From positions 69,814,001 to 69,878,000 of the forward strand of contig NC_058368.1 of the NCBI RefSeq assembly GCF_018350175.1: 64,000 bases of DNA. The letters run 5' to 3'. The DNA is from Felis catus (lineage: Eukaryota). The notes under the pieces were generated by a model. It was not told where the DNA came from. It did not search any database and saw only the letters and a list, made by a program, of their open reading frames with translations. The position numbers and the translations under genes were made by a program. Shown here in pieces: positions 26,300-38,170 of this stretch (positions are counted from its first letter, which is position 1; each line of letters starts with the position of its first letter).

Positions 26300-26712
26300 A
26301 AAATAACCAAACAATTCATCACGTCTATGTTCACGCCCCTTTACGATGTGACTGGCACTCCTCCCAGCAAGAGAGAGCCCACATCCCCATCCCGGAATCT
26401 GGGCGGATCCAGACCCGTGTTCTGGCAACAGAATGTGATTTCTAAACCTAGGCCCCAAAAGGGCCAGTGAGGCTGGGAATGGAAGCATGTGGAAGGGACC
26501 CGCTTCAGCCTCTGCACGCAGACCAGGTCAGATCACCCTCCGCCATCCAGCCTCAGCCCCGGCCATCTGCTCCCTGCAACCACCTGACAGCACCCAGTAG
26601 AGGCCAGTCCACTGCCCAGTCAACCCACAGAATCATGAGATGTAATAAATCTGCTGTTTTGAACCACCCAGCTTTGGTGGGCTGGTTACTCACCACCAAT
26701 GACTGACACCAC
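26300..26712 (+). mobile_element. MaLR (MLT1-like) LTR remnant
   Basis: cccagtcaacccacagaatcatgagatgtaataaatctgctgttttgaaccacccagctttgg...gactgacac is an MLT1-type 3' end. Confidence 0.6.
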
Positions 26713-26904
26713 AACTGATGCCCAGATGGCATGTGCTGGGCTAGACCCCAGAGCTGCTGGGGACAGTTTACTGCTGTATGCTGCTCACTACCCACCCCCC
26801 TCTTTGAACAGTTACCTTGTTCCCACCTTGCCATGTTTGTGTGTTTGTTTTTGGGGGGTGTCTTTTCAATTCACAGCTCTCTGAATCAAGAGGAGCCAGA
26901 CCTA

Positions 26905-27120
26905 GGGGCACCTGGGGGGCTCAGTCGGTTGAGCATCTGACTTCGGCTCAAGTCATGACCTCACGGTTCGTGAGTTCGAGCCCCGTGTCAGGCTCTGTGC
27001 TGACCGCTCAGAGCCTGGAGCCTGCTTCAGATTCTGTGTCTCCCCCTCTCCCCGCCCCTCCCCTGCTTGTGCTCTGTCTCTCTCAAAAATAAACTTAAAA
27101 AAAAAAAAAAAAAAAAAAAA
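26905..27120 (+). mobile_element. Can-SINE
   Basis: Full length with long A tail; TSD aagagga(g/a)cca(g/t)accta. Confidence 0.9.
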
Positions 27121-27289
27121 AGAGGAACCATACCTAAGGAACTATAACCTAGTGGCCCTGCTGCAGCCATCCTTAGCTGAGGCAGGCAGGGCACAGATTT
27201 TCAGGCCGATGCTGTGCCACAAAGGACGGACAAAAATGGGAGAGGAATACGTCCTACAGGTGTGAGGGACACGAATCCTTGGAGACAGA

Positions 27290-27750
27290 GGCAAGCTGGT
27301 AATTCCAGTAACAACTCCATCCTCCTATGTCCACACCCCAAAGCCATTATACCGCTCACTCCCACCAAGAGGTGGCTTGAACCGGGACTGGCCTTGAGGA
27401 TTTCCTGTGATGCTGTGCTATTTCCAAGGTCAAACCTTAAGAGGCCCTGCAGTGTTTGCCTTGCCCTCTTGCAATGCCTCCGTCAGCACAAAAACGGGCC
27501 TGGGCTAGCCTGCGGAAGAGGTCACATGGAGAAGTCACTAGCCTCACACCCAGGCCAACTGCAGCCAGCCAGTTCTCCAGCTGACCACAGACATGTGAAT
27601 GAGCCCAGACGAGGCCTGCAGGACCCCCCACCCCCACCCCCTGGCCTGCCGCCACCCCTAGTCAATGTCAGGAATCATGAGAAACACTAAATCATCGCTG
27701 TTTTAGGACCAAAGCTCTAGGGTGATGTCACACAACGATAGGTGACAAAG
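27290..27750 (+). mobile_element. MaLR (MLT1-like) LTR remnant
   Basis: cagacatgtgaatgagccc...gaatcatgagaaacactaaatcatcgctgttttagg...gataggtgaca. Confidence 0.55.
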
Positions 27751-28514
27751 TCAACAGAGATCACAGATCACTGCAGGAGAAAAGTGTCCATCCTGGGAGA
27801 GGGAAGCAGGTACAGATGGATGTTCTATACTCTGGAGGATGTTTCATTGTAATACACCGCCTGAATTCCCTTTGGCCTCATTTAAGACGGCTGTTCACAC
27901 CGCACTTCGACCACCTTCCCCAAAGCCCTTTTCCCCGAAGCCCGTACTGTCCGAGGCAGCTGCTTTGTCTCACATCTGCTCGAGGGTGGGGTGTCATTCC
28001 CCACTCTCTGCCACGGTGTCGGCAGCTGTAAACCAGGCTACAAACTGTCCCTGGTACGAAGGAAGACATCTGCTAATTCGGTGACAGCAGGGGACTACAC
28101 AAGCAGGGTCCCTTGCCCTTTGGCAATTCATTATCACGTAGTCAGAAGAAAACCAGTGGCAACGATGGCCTAGTTCAAAGAGGAACGTCAAGATTCTGTT
28201 GCCGGCATCTGTTCTATGAGCAAAGTGGATTTCTCTGGTAGAAGAGGTGCCCACTCTGCCAGCCGCCTTGAGGACTTTCTGTTCAGAAAGGTTTATGATG
28301 AACGAAGCACTGGCCTTCATCCCAGACGAGAAAGGCCTGCCAGAGCCTCAACCCACCTATGCCACCTGCCTGACGGGCAGCAGAGCCCCCACTGCTGGAG
28401 TCCCAGCCAGGTGGCAGGCAGAAGCCAGGACACGCAGTGGCACAGCCTTCTCTGAAGCAGGGGCAGGTCGGGACCCTCCTGCCAGCACTCGCCTCTCCTG
28501 GATCAACATGGCTT

Positions 28515-28545
<31 letters not shown>

Positions 28546-28900
28546 GGAGCCCCAGGTGGGGTCCTGCCTGCACAGAAACATCCCACCCCTCAGCTCCCGG
28601 ACTCGTCGCTCAGAAAGACCAATTAGGTGCGTCCGGGAAAATTCCCACCCACGCTGCTGACCTAGAGACCCTCATTCCGAGGCAATGAAGGAAGGCGAGG
28701 CTTCTCCTGATGGAAGAGCAAGAATCTCATTTACATCTCATTTACATGTTTGCTAAACCCTATGGCCCCATTAGCAGCATCTAAAAGTCTGTTTCCTCCT
28801 GAGGGAGGGGTCAAGGGGATAGAAAAGTAACAGCAGAAATGACAGCATCTCCAGATACAAGCACTACTGTGACTCACGGAGAGCACAAGGCCCACACTTA

Positions 28901-28949
28901 GGTTCTCCAGCAGAGAGGGGGTTCTCCAGCAGAGAGGGCTCTTCTCCAG
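28901..28949. repeat. Short tandem duplication, 19-bp unit x2 plus partial
   Basis: ggttctccagcagagaggg at 28901-28919 and 28920-28938, followed by a partial ttctccag. Confidence 0.85.
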
Positions 28950-30614
28950 GCCTGGCTCTCCAGCCCCCTCGAAACCTCCACTGCTGCGTCCAGAAACGTC
29001 CGGGAAACCACACTTGGATTCCACTTCTGGCTGCTTTATTCTCTTTCCCATCACCCTTTCTTCCTAACGACACCAGGCCGCCTGCCCCATTAAACCTTAG
29101 CTAAATCCTGGACCTTCCTGGGCACTCACGCCTCGGCTTGCCTGTTTTTAATTACAAGATCTAGGGAAACCGGAGCCTGTGTTGTATGTACTTCCTCCTA
29201 TTAGGTCAGGATCCCTGAGAACGGACCGAAATAACTGGAAGACGCATTCCCTCAGATGCAAGGATCGGACACAAGTCTGGACTCTAAAAATGCTCCAAAG
29301 CCCTACCCCCACAAGCCCAGAAAACCTTCAGGCTCAAGGATTGTGGGAAGAGCCAAAAAGCCACCAGGGAAAGTGCCCCAGGTGAATCCAGAGTCAATGG
29401 TTTCACCGAAGTTTCTCACTGATCAAGACCTGGAAGTTTCAGGGTGACCAGCTACCCCAAAAGCCAGGATCTCCTACCAGCCCCGGTTTGTAACAAACAA
29501 ACACATCCACAGCAGTAGTGTTGCACAGGCCACCTGCACCTTCAAGATTCCTCTGGAAAGAAATGCCACGTGGGCAATGTCCTCCCCGCTCCAAGACTCT
29601 GAGACGCTGCAGGGCTGTGTCCTTCTGAAGTTCAGGCTTCTGCAACAATTCACTGTATTTCATAATCCCTCGAGAGAATTCATTAAAATAGTTCTACGAT
29701 GACAAGTATTCTGTATTTTTAAACCTGAATAGCTCTTGCTGTTTTATTTGGATCGTTTCTGGCAACAAAACACGCATCTGGCATTACTAATCAACTTTCA
29801 AAGCTCCTTGGCTTTAGATGGACCGCTCACACAGCCGTGCCGTACTACACCGCTCTGGGTTAAAGCCAAGCTTTTCTCTTTGTTTCTCCAGAAAGAGAAA
29901 AAGGAGCCAAGTTTGATATGTTCGAACGCTTGCTACCTGTTACATTACTACCCCTGCAGCGTCAGAGGGAACATTGGATGGGGAGGGGGAGTCCGTGGCA
30001 GGAGTGCCCCATCCCCACCTCTGGACCGGGGAAGCATCCGTCTGGCAGCTGAGCTCGGCCTCGAGTCCTGCTCCCCACCCCCACCCTGCCACCACCCCAG
30101 GCGGCCACCACCAAGGCAGCCGACAGGCACACAGCTGCACCTACGTGCCAGCCAGATGCACCCCACCCCCAACCTGCCTCCGCCCTGGCTGCTGTCACTT
30201 CCCTTCCCTATCTGCCCGGCTCTGCCACCCCGTGCTCCAGCGCCACTAGTGTTACTGCCTACCATTGCCAAAGCTGCAAATTCCGGCACCCCAACTCCTC
30301 TCCCATCCCTCCCTCCAAACCGTACACATCACCCTTCTGAGACGTCTCTCCGCGCGGAGCCCCCTGCCTGACTCGACAGCGGGTGTGCCTCCCACTGACC
30401 CACTACGCGACCTTCCAAAACCTGTTGGCAGATTTCAGCTTCCAGAGAGCCCACGGTTTTCCTCTGCCGCTTAGAACAGCTGAGGACAACGCGTCATCTG
30501 GAGACCGAAGTCACACTCAACTGTGAAATCTGAACCTCACGGCTCCTTCCTTACCCCACTTTTCTGCCCCCACCCCCACCGATCCTCCCATCGCCCACCT
30601 TCTCAACACGGTCT

Positions 30615-31022
30615 ACAAACACCAAGGGCTGCATAGTGTACGATTCCACTTACAGGGCATTCCTGGAAGCGACAGAATTAAGAGTGATGCAGAATAGCTG
30701 CGGGGTTGCTGGGAAAGAAGGGACAGGCAGAGTCTCTGCGGCAATGCAACAGTCCTGCATCGCGACTGTGGTGAGGAAATTGCACAGAACTATACACCCC
30801 AAAAGAAAATAGTCCAAGCAAAAACCAGTGACTTAGGCCTGCACCTGAGTGAACAGCTGTGCCAACAACTAACTGGTTTTGACGCTGGAAGATTCAGTCA
30901 CCTGGGAAGGCGAGGCGAAGGGCACACTGGGACTACACAGCGTTTTTTGCAACTTCTGGTAAGTCTTAAGCCACTTAAAAATCAAGTTATTAAAAATTCT
31001 TAAAATATTTAAGAAAAAAAAA
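30615..31022 (+). mobile_element. Old L1M 3'UTR fragment
   Basis: tgtacgattccacttacag...aattgcacagaactatacac...ttttgcaacttctggtaagtct followed by an A-rich end. Confidence 0.6.
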
Positions 31023-32149
31023 AAGCCCAATCTCAAATCTGTGTCTTTCTACACCTTCTTCCTTGTGCCCCAGAGAGGCCACCCCTATTTCCAGGCTCTA
31101 GGCAGGAAATTCCCATTTACTGCTTCGTGCCCCTCAAACCCCACCGCTCCCTGAGCAAAAGCAGCGGTCTCCTTGTCCAGGGAGCACGTTTTTTTTTTTA
31201 GGCTGTGGGTTGAAAACTGTATTAATGACATTTTACAGGTTGTTTGCCTGCTCAAGATTGTGATCAACCGCTGAAGAATGTGTCTTATAATCTTGCCAAC
31301 TAACCGGGCCAAGAGGTGAGCAGCAAGACAGCATCCACACTTCCTTAGAAAGCAGCCTCGGCCACCCTCAAACACTCGAAAAGCCCAGCCCAGATCCAGA
31401 GCATTACAGGGAGGAGACAAGGGAAGTGTAGGCACAGCCTCAGAACGCACCCAGTATGAGCCCAACGGCTGCTTTGCGCTTGTTTCGCAAAACCTCGCAT
31501 TTGGGGCGGCAGCTATCGGAGATCTGGAGAGAGGAGACCCAAAATAAACTACCGGACAGGTACTCGATACTGACCTTCTCAATACATAAATCGTCTGCCA
31601 AAACCTATGGTTCCTAGGGGGCCATAAGCACTTGGGAGGCCAAACACAGGAGTTCAGACCTCTGCTCTGCCAAATTACTAACTAGCAAGTTACTGAACCA
31701 CCCAAGACTGTTTCCACATCTGTAAAATGAGGCAATACTACACCTGTTAAGGTGCTGAGAAAAGAACCTAAGAAAAACTTCTTGTATATGTGCTGAACAG
31801 TAAATACTTCATAGAAACCACTTTTGTTGTAGTTAATCCTGAGCTACTCTTTCTGACAATACTTGGTCACGATTCAGCAGGATCTTAGAGGCCTTTCACT
31901 TGAGCTAGAGACAGAAGTAAAGCCCAGATCACCTACCTCACAGACCAGGGCACATTCCACTGCACTACCCTAAAATCAACTAAAGCAATTAATCAGTCCT
32001 CTCCTCCTTCAGGAAAGGGACCAGGGGAATCCTAGGAGGCCTGAGGGCTCATCGTCAGAAAGGGAGAAGGCAGCATCTGCAAAAATCCTAAGGCGTGGAG
32101 GCCAGCCCCCTGGAAGTCGATGAACCACTGACCAAGGAGGCCAGAGGGT

Positions 32150-32630
32150 CCAACCGCCTGAGGGGCTCAGTTAGTTAAGTGTTGTCAGACTCTTGATTTC
32201 AGTTCAGGTCATGATTTCACAGGTGAGTTCGAGCCCCCACCTCAGGCTCTGCACTGATGGTGCAGCACCTACTTGCGATTCTCTGTCTCCCTCTCTTCTC
32301 TGCCCTTTGCCCACTCACAATCTCTCTCTCTCTCTCTCTCTCTATCTTTCCCTCTCACTCCCTCCCTCCCTCCCTCCCTCGCTCTCTCAAAAAATAAAAA
32401 ACATTAAAAGGGTAGCTGGGTGGTTCAGTCAATTAAGCCTCACGCTTCAGCTCAGGTCATGATCTCACAGTTCATGGGTCCAAGCTCCACGTAGGTCTCT
32501 GTGCTGACAGCTCAGAGCCTGGAGCCTGCTTTGGATTTTGTGCCTCCCTCACTCTCTGCCCCTCCCCGCTTGTGTTCTGTCTGTCTCTCTCAAAAATGAA
32601 TAAACATTAAAAAAAAATTAACAAAATAAG
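32150..32630 (+). mobile_element. Two tandem Can-SINEs (junction about 32410)
   Basis: Two consecutive head/CT/A-tail units. Confidence 0.85.
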
Positions 32631-33203
32631 CATTAAAAGGCTCGGAGGTCTAAGGAATGTGCTAGGAACTATCAACAATGAGAACCTTCTGAAGACCTTA
32701 AGTTCCCTACAATGGTGGCTACTAAATCCCGTAAAATGGGACACCCTAGAAGGCTGGCTCTGCTCCACAGGCAGTCTCAGGAGAAGGGACTCGAAGTTAG
32801 ATGAGCATAAGCAACTTTAAATGGAAAAGAAGAAATACTGCAATGTAGGAAAGAGGCAAAAGGCACTGCCCCGGGGGACACAGCACGCCCAGGAAGCTTG
32901 TCAACAGGTTCATGTGGTTCCCAGACAGAAACCTACTTTTAGACAATTTATGAGACATTCTACTAATAATTCCTGAGCAGAACCTTGAACCTAAGAGACT
33001 GTCTTGCAAAATAATCTGCAGAAGATTTGAACACATAAGGCAGCTGTATTCTGACACCCAGAGAGGAACCAGAATCCCAGAGTTCCTGGCCTCCCCTCAT
33101 TTCACAGATCAGATGAAAGCTGCAGACGCAGGCTGTGACACTCTTTGGTCTTGGATGTGCCCTGGGCAGAATGAAGCCCTAAGAAAAATTAAGCACCCAC
33201 TCT

Positions 33204-33350
33204 GGGGCGCCTGGGTGACTCAGCTGCTTGAGCGTCCAACTTCGGCTCAGGTCACGATCTCACGGTTCTGTGAGTTCGAGCCCCGCATCAGGCTCGCAGC
33301 TGTCAGCTCCTCTGCACCCGTTCTAATAAATTTTAAAAATTTTTAAAATA
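33204..33350 (+). mobile_element. Internally deleted Can-SINE
   Basis: Head joined to a short tail; TSD ttaagcaccca. Confidence 0.85.
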
Positions 33351-33693
33351 AAACTTAAGCACCCAAAGAGGTATCCCCACCCGTGTGCAGCAGTCATGCG
33401 ATTAGTCCAAGGACACAGGGTATGTGACAAACCCTGAACTGGAACTCAAGGCCACCTGATTCCGAAGTTTGAGCACTTCCAGCCCTGCCTCCCAAGCTCT
33501 GGTGGCAAAATACCTAGAGCATAAAAAGACCCTACTGTCCCCCTGCAGCAACGTGACTCCATGACCTTGAGCAAGTTCTTCACTTCTCAGTAAAACAGAA
33601 CAGCGGTGCCTTGAGCATTTATTTACCTCCCCACCGTGTCAGAGGATCAAATTAGCCTAAGTAACAGGGAGAGGGTGGCACACGGGTGGCTGA

Positions 33694-33714
33694 CTAGTGC
33701 TCCCTCTGCTGGAG
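33694..33714 (-). promoter_or_regulatory. Candidate CTCF site
   Basis: Minus strand reads CTCCAGCAGAGGGAGCACTAG, close to the CTCF core CCASYAGRKGGCRS, within a small CpG-retaining patch. Confidence 0.45.
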
Positions 33715-34904
33715 CTGGCGTGGGCTGCGCGCAAGCACTTCGAAGAACGAGCGAGGTCATCCTGACAACACTCGATTTTGGAGACCTTTTTAGAAATCAC
33801 TGAAAACACGGGCCAAAACACTTACTGAAAACATACCATTTATAACACGACGCAACACGGCCCCAAAGAGAGATGGAAAACCTGTCATGTTTAAGCATGG
33901 CTTACCTGCACAAGCCTATTTTTAGTACAAGTCATTCTTCTCACAAATAAGACCTCTGAAAGCTGATTACCAGCAAATAAAATGCTCCGAATGCCCATCT
34001 CCTCAGATTAATCTAGCCGTTATATTTCAAGAGGCCTTCTGCATGGAGAGTAAGATGCGCGAATTTGTCTACTCACGCCCATTAACCTGTAAAGGCTTTC
34101 CCCCCTTGTATCAAGTTTAAAGCTCGTTCTTTATCGGGGTCTTTCCCATGCCTCCCCATCTGAAAAAAAGCTGCCCTTTTTATGGAATGCATACAGGAAT
34201 ATATACGTACGAAGCCACTATAGTATCTATAACCTCCCAACCGCCCCTCCCCAAAAAAGACCCCAAAAAAGCCAATGCCTTTTCATGAGTATTTTCCCAG
34301 AAATCCTGTCACCAGAAGTCTCTGAGATGTCTGAATCCCCTTCAATTCTGGGAGTGGAAGCAGCAAAGAAACTTGGTGGTACACGCCTGGCCTGCTCCCT
34401 TGCCCGGGAAGCCCCCTGCACGCTGCTGGGAAGGGTATCCTGGTTCAAGGAACTGAATCGTCACACATTAGTAGATTCCCCCCACAATCAGATCACTGGG
34501 GATCCCCCTGCAGCCAACCCTGGGCGCGTTCTGACACAAACAGAACTAGGGAAATTTTGAGCTCCCCTCTCTGACTCGATAAGGGAAGTGTCTGGTTAGG
34601 ACTCTGGTTTTCACACCCAATGCTGATTCAGGACACCAGGCTCCTCTGCAGGGGGAGGGACAAATTTGCACAACGGTGTCCCACTTAAGTAACAGGTTGT
34701 GGCCGGAAGGAACGACTCACCACCCAATGGGGCCAAGATGGCCTGAGCCTCCTTCAGAAGGGAGCAAAAGCCACACCAACCAGGACATAGGACCAAGAGA
34801 GCGGGTGGGGAAGGGCGTGAAGATGACCAGCCACCCCCCTTGCCCTGCAAGCCCACAGTGAGTTCCAGGCAGTGGCCCTCCCCGCTGCGTGTGGGTGAAG
34901 ATCC

Positions 34905-35032
34905 CAGCAGGGGCTGCACGCCAGCCCGGCCCCAGACCATGAAATCCGAATCTCTGGGGATGGGGCCCCAGCCTCAGTACATTTTAAGCTCCTTAGAAGG
35001 TTCCACCGCGCCCCCAAGGCTGAGAACCAGTG
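34905..35032. mobile_element. MER5-like relic
   Basis: ccccagaccatgaaatccgaatctctggggatggggccc...ttttaagctcc...ggctgagaaccagtg. Confidence 0.55.
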
Positions 35033-36982
35033 GTCTGGGGCAGGGACAGCACAAACTTGACCTGGAGAACTTTCACCTCACCCATCTGCTTTTCCCCACC
35101 CGGGAAGCAATCACATCAGGGTGACTAGGGACACGATCAGGGCTGGGCTATCTCGCCGAGGCTCAGCTTTTCAATCTTCCCCACCCCTGACACCCCAGCC
35201 TCCATGGACTTCACCCTCCTAGTAACTAGCCAACCCTGCAAACCCCTTCTCCACCTGTAGCCCCCAAGGGTGTTCTGTGTATTAACTAGCTGGTTAACTT
35301 AAGGTCTCCAAAATAAAAACCTTTATTTACCACACAAAGACCTTTAGACAGCAAATGGCTTCAATCAGCTCAAAGAACGGACAGAGTTTTCCAGTCCTCG
35401 TAAGAAGTCTCATTCCTGGCTAACTGATGAAAGACCATTTTGTCATTGGAGGCCTGAGTCCCAGGTTTATGCAGAAATGACGATGAATCCACGAACACGC
35501 ACAGGAGGAGCCGCTCAGGGGCCTGGCTCCAGGAACAGAACAGAGAACCTCCTTCTCTCGGCGGGAGCCCTGGCCTTCTTCACCTGAGCTCTCTGAAGCC
35601 ATCGCAAAGCCACTAACCACCCCACAACCTGACTTGGGAAACACTACTCCCCATTCTGTACACTTCATTTCAACCCTGCAAAAACCACATATTCTAGAAG
35701 AAACTGAGTAAATATTCTACAGCATTTGGCAAAAAAAAAAAAAGAAAACTGAGAAAAAGATGTTAAATCCTATGAATTTTCATGTCTAGGCTTACATGTC
35801 CATACCACCAGGAGTTTTAGGGATTCCTAGTTCCAAGTATCTACTCTTCTTTAAATGGATGTTTGCTTAAGGTAGAAACTGCTTAAGTTTTAAAAACACA
35901 AATACCAGTTTGGGGTTTTTTTTAAACATTATAAATGAGGGGGGGAAATGTACCACCTAGCTGAATCTACTGTTTTGTCCTCAGTACCTAATAATCCCCC
36001 CTCACACACACACACACACACTTGTCCCTTAGGAAAACACTGTCTGAAACTCTGAGCTCAGAGCTCAGGGAGATGCCACTTTTAGGAAAGGGAGGGCAAG
36101 CTGAGACCCATGTGCCAGGGAGGGGAAGGGTCCAGGCCGAAAAGACCACTTGGGCTCACGCTGTTTCTCAGTGCAGACTGAGCAAAAGGGTCTGAGGCTC
36201 TTACCACCTGCCCAGGGCCAAATGCTCATCCACAACCCCATGGACCACAGGGGGACTGATCGCAGAGGGAACTGAGGTCACCAGGGCCCAGGTCACAGAT
36301 CTTTGTGCCAGCCCCGGCCTGGCTGAGCTTCTCTACGCCCCAGAGTCCCCACAAAACAAACCTCTGACCCCTTCCAGGGGTTACTGGGTATACTTCCCTC
36401 CCATCAAAGGCTCCCTGCTGACCAATGGTGGCCTAGGGTTTCTCTGGGATGGTGAGCAGGCCCAGACACCCAGGCAAAGACTGAAATCAGGACGGCTTTG
36501 TAGGGCAAGCACGCGATGAGAAACACACAATGCATTCCAAATAAATGATCTAGAGCTCACTGAGGAATGGGTGATGGCACCTCCTTTACTGAAACCGACC
36601 CATGCAAACAGGCTTGCGCCCTACTGGAAGCCATGACAAACAGCAGCCCCTCCAGTTTCCAAAGCTCCCCCACTCCCCAGGCTCTGTGCTAAGTGGTCCG
36701 CCTAACTATGCCTTTCCAGACCTCACCACCACCCCAGGGAGAAAGAGAACATGATCCTTGTGACGCAGCTGAGCGCAGTCGGGTGCTGAAGCGAAGTCAC
36801 TTGTGCGCAGTCCCCCGCAGCTAATAAGGGGCTTAAGCCCTGCTACCTATGCATCAAGGGTCATCCTCCGTGTGGGAAAGTGCACGCTGGCAGCATGCCT
36901 GGCTGAGCAGAACCCAGCCGGCAAGGTGTACCCTCGGGTTGTCACCACGGAATACTACAATGAGCAGGAGGAGTGCAAAAAG

Positions 36983-37125
36983 CATTTGATTTGCTTTTCA
37001 AGTGTTTAGTTCTCTTTTTGGGGAATGCAGCAGCTCTGTACTATCCTTGGGTAGGGACGGATTTCACTGAAGTGGTGAACTTGTGGAGGGTGGTGTGACT
37101 GGCCATTTCTTCTCACTCAGCCAGG
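36983..37125. repeat. 143-bp inverted duplication, copy A
   Basis: Reverse complement of 43555-43697 with 2 mismatches, both in the T-run (tctttttg vs tttttttt). Confidence 0.95.
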
Positions 37126-37725
37126 TGAACCCCCCCCCCCCACCGCCTGTATTTTACAGAAGATTTGCAGTAACTAGCATCGGGGACTGGTCTAAAAACC
37201 AGATCAAATAGTTGTCGATGTATTTATATTTCAATCAATAATCACATTTCCTCTTACTTGAAAATCCTCAGCTTTTAGAGTGAGGCATGAAGGGGAAAAT
37301 GGATGAAATAAAAACGCTAACGCAAAGAGCAAGGTTGATCTGTCACGAGTAGGAATACAGGCACCCCGCCACCAGGGACACAGAAGGCATCCCCGAGCGT
37401 TCTTCTAGCCCTACGAGGGGTGGCAAGGGTGACAGAGGGTGCATTCAGTGTTGGCCAATCTCCCGTTTCTCAGAAGCCCTGCTGCTCCCACTCAACCGGT
37501 AAGACAACTGTCAGGTCAGCTGTCCTGTGTGATCCTGAGGAGGGTTCAGGCCCTGATGGCAGGGACAGCAAACCGCTTCCAGGAGGAGACAGTAAACACC
37601 TGAGCTTTGGAGGCCAAACAGTCTCTGTTGCATATTCTTCTTTTCCCTTTTTCTTTAAACAACTCTTTAAAAATGTAAAAACCATCTTGGCTCAGGAGCT
37701 GACAAAATGGGCCAAGAGGAGTGGC

Positions 37726-38170
37726 AGGCACTTGGGTGGCTCAGTCAGTTGAGCCTCTGGCTCAAGACTCTGGCTCAGGTCATGATCTCACGGTTCATAG
37801 GTTAGAGCCTCACACCTGGATCTGTGCCAGCAGCTCAGACCCTGGAGCATGCTTCCTATTCTGTGTCTCCCCCTCTCTCTGCCCCTGCCCCACTCTCACT
37901 CGGTCTCTCTCTCTCTCTCTCTTTCAAAAATAAACAAACACTTAAAAAAATTTTTTTAGGGGCGCCTGGGTGGCTCAGTCGTTTGGGCAACCGACTTCAG
38001 CTCAGGTCATGATCTCATGGCTAGTGAATTCGAGCCCCACGTCGGGCTCTGTGTTGACAGCTTGGAGCCCAGAGCTTGCTTCAGATTCTGTGTCTCCCTC
38101 TCTCTCTGCCCCTCCCCTGTGTTCTCATCCCCCCCCCCCCTCTAAAACAAACATTTAAAAAAAATTTTTT
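37726..38170 (+). mobile_element. Two tandem Can-SINEs (second starts at 37959)
   Basis: Two units; the pair is flanked by aatgggccaag. Confidence 0.88.

Noticed and set aside
28515..28542. Long poly-G run
   Set aside because: A simple homopolymer whose length is unreliable in assemblies; no supporting structure.
29736..30371. 211-aa Pro-rich ORF on +
   Set aside because: Starts at a non-ATG codon, is driven by low-complexity C-rich DNA, has no recognisable domain and is antisense to the host gene.
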